The notes under the pieces: generated by a model
Databases searched by the model: none
Told to the model about the DNA's origin: nothing
What the model saw: the letters and a program-made list of their open reading frames with translations, nothing else
Shown: positions 62,918 through 64,000 of the stretch, piece by piece
Layout: each line of letters opens with the position of its first letter
How positions within the stretch are numbered: position 1 is the first letter of the stretch
Assembly: GCA_030390025.1 (NCBI GenBank)
Contig: CM059432.1
Span: 46,192,001 to 46,256,000 of the forward strand
DNA from: Squalus acanthias
Lineage: Eukaryota
Direction: 5' to 3'
DNA length: 64,000 nt
Position numbers and translations under genes: made by a program

Positions 62918-64000
62918 TGCTCTCTGGCATTCTGTCCTTTTTCTTTTCTCTCTTTATGCCTCTCCTGCAGTTTTTGATTGCGGTGTTTTCAAATATCTAT
63001 CTAATTCTTCATGTAATTCTTTCCTTCCCTGTGTCTCCTCTTTCTGCTGTAAGTTTCCCAATCGCTCTGCATAGCTCTTACACATGTTCCTTAACTGATG
63101 TACAACATTCTTATTTCCTGCCATTTTTGAAGTAAAGAGTGCAAAGGATAATAGTGGTCAATGTGTGCCGAGTTGAAGATAAGTGCCGGGATCAACTGGC
63201 AGAAGTTGTCAATAAGCTGCTACAAAATGCATGTGTGAGAAGAAAGTGGGATTGAAGGCTCAGGAAAACTGGGGCCTTGGAGGAAGCTGGTGTGGGCTGG
63301 AACATGCAAATGGAACGGAGGCTTGGAAGCATTCAGGGAGGCACAGCCAGCACTGGGGGAATAGATGGAGCCTTGAAATACACAAGATGAAGGACCAAGG
63401 GCTATAGTATAGGCCCAATGAGCATTTGGTGGGCTGAGGTTTTGAGAGCACAGAGAGGGTCTGGTTTCCGGCTGGGGTTTTGAGAGCATAGAGTGGTATT
63501 AGTTTTTGGCATGGGTTTGCAAACACAAAGAGGTGCTGGTGTCTGAAAGCACATGAGGGTGACTGGGCCTTGATTGGTCAGACCAGGCCTCTCTTCTGCA
63601 GTCAGAAGAGAGGCTAGCAGTATTTTGGGCAGGGAAAAGACTGTCTATACCAGGAGCAGATGTTGATGCTGCACTGTTGGTAGGAGTCTGTGGATACTGG
63701 GCAAACAAGCAACACCTACAAGCACCAGGAACAGGCAGAGCATTTCCGAACAGTGGGAGGAATTTACTGGAGCCCTTCCAGGAGTGGACTTGCATGTGCA
63801 AACTAACAATGCAGGGCATTGACAGCCAAAGCATGCCTAGTGGCTCCAAAAAAGACATTTGAGGACACTGATGTCACACATGTATGGGACCATCGGAAAC
63901 CACCATGGGAAGGCCCAGGTAATAAGAAATGGCAGCTCGAGGTACTAAGCAATGTGTAAGGCCAAGGCTCTTGTGAGCACGGAAGCCCTTCAACAAGAAC

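Overview
Repeat-dense vertebrate genomic DNA, most likely a cartilaginous fish (inferred from (CATAGAAA)n-tailed CR1 LINEs and a SacSINE1/DeuSINE-like element). No host gene can be called with confidence. The centrepiece is two full-length, mutually divergent, decayed endogenous proviruses on the + strand (12122-23110, TSD CAAC; 33608-44568, TSD CTGA). Both show: LTR, PBS, coiled-coil gag with a CCHC knuckle, an in-frame UGA-C, pol (protease, RT, degenerate RNase H tether, second RNase HI, integrase with GPY/F), a spliced env, PPT and LTR. Env is an F-like class I fusogen (RQRR furin site, no retroviral TM motifs) preceded by an apparent immunoglobulin-like domain. The overall architecture fits the lokiretrovirus lineage. 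Also present: three solo LTRs, a Harbinger transposon with an intact transposase ORF plus related MITEs, two decayed Harbingers, Penelope-like fragments (one with a hammerhead ribozyme), a LINE whose 5' end is a tRNA/Deu SINE head, many CR1 fragments and a locally templated insertion. Alignments and coordinates were derived by eye; family names rest on motif recognition, not database searches.
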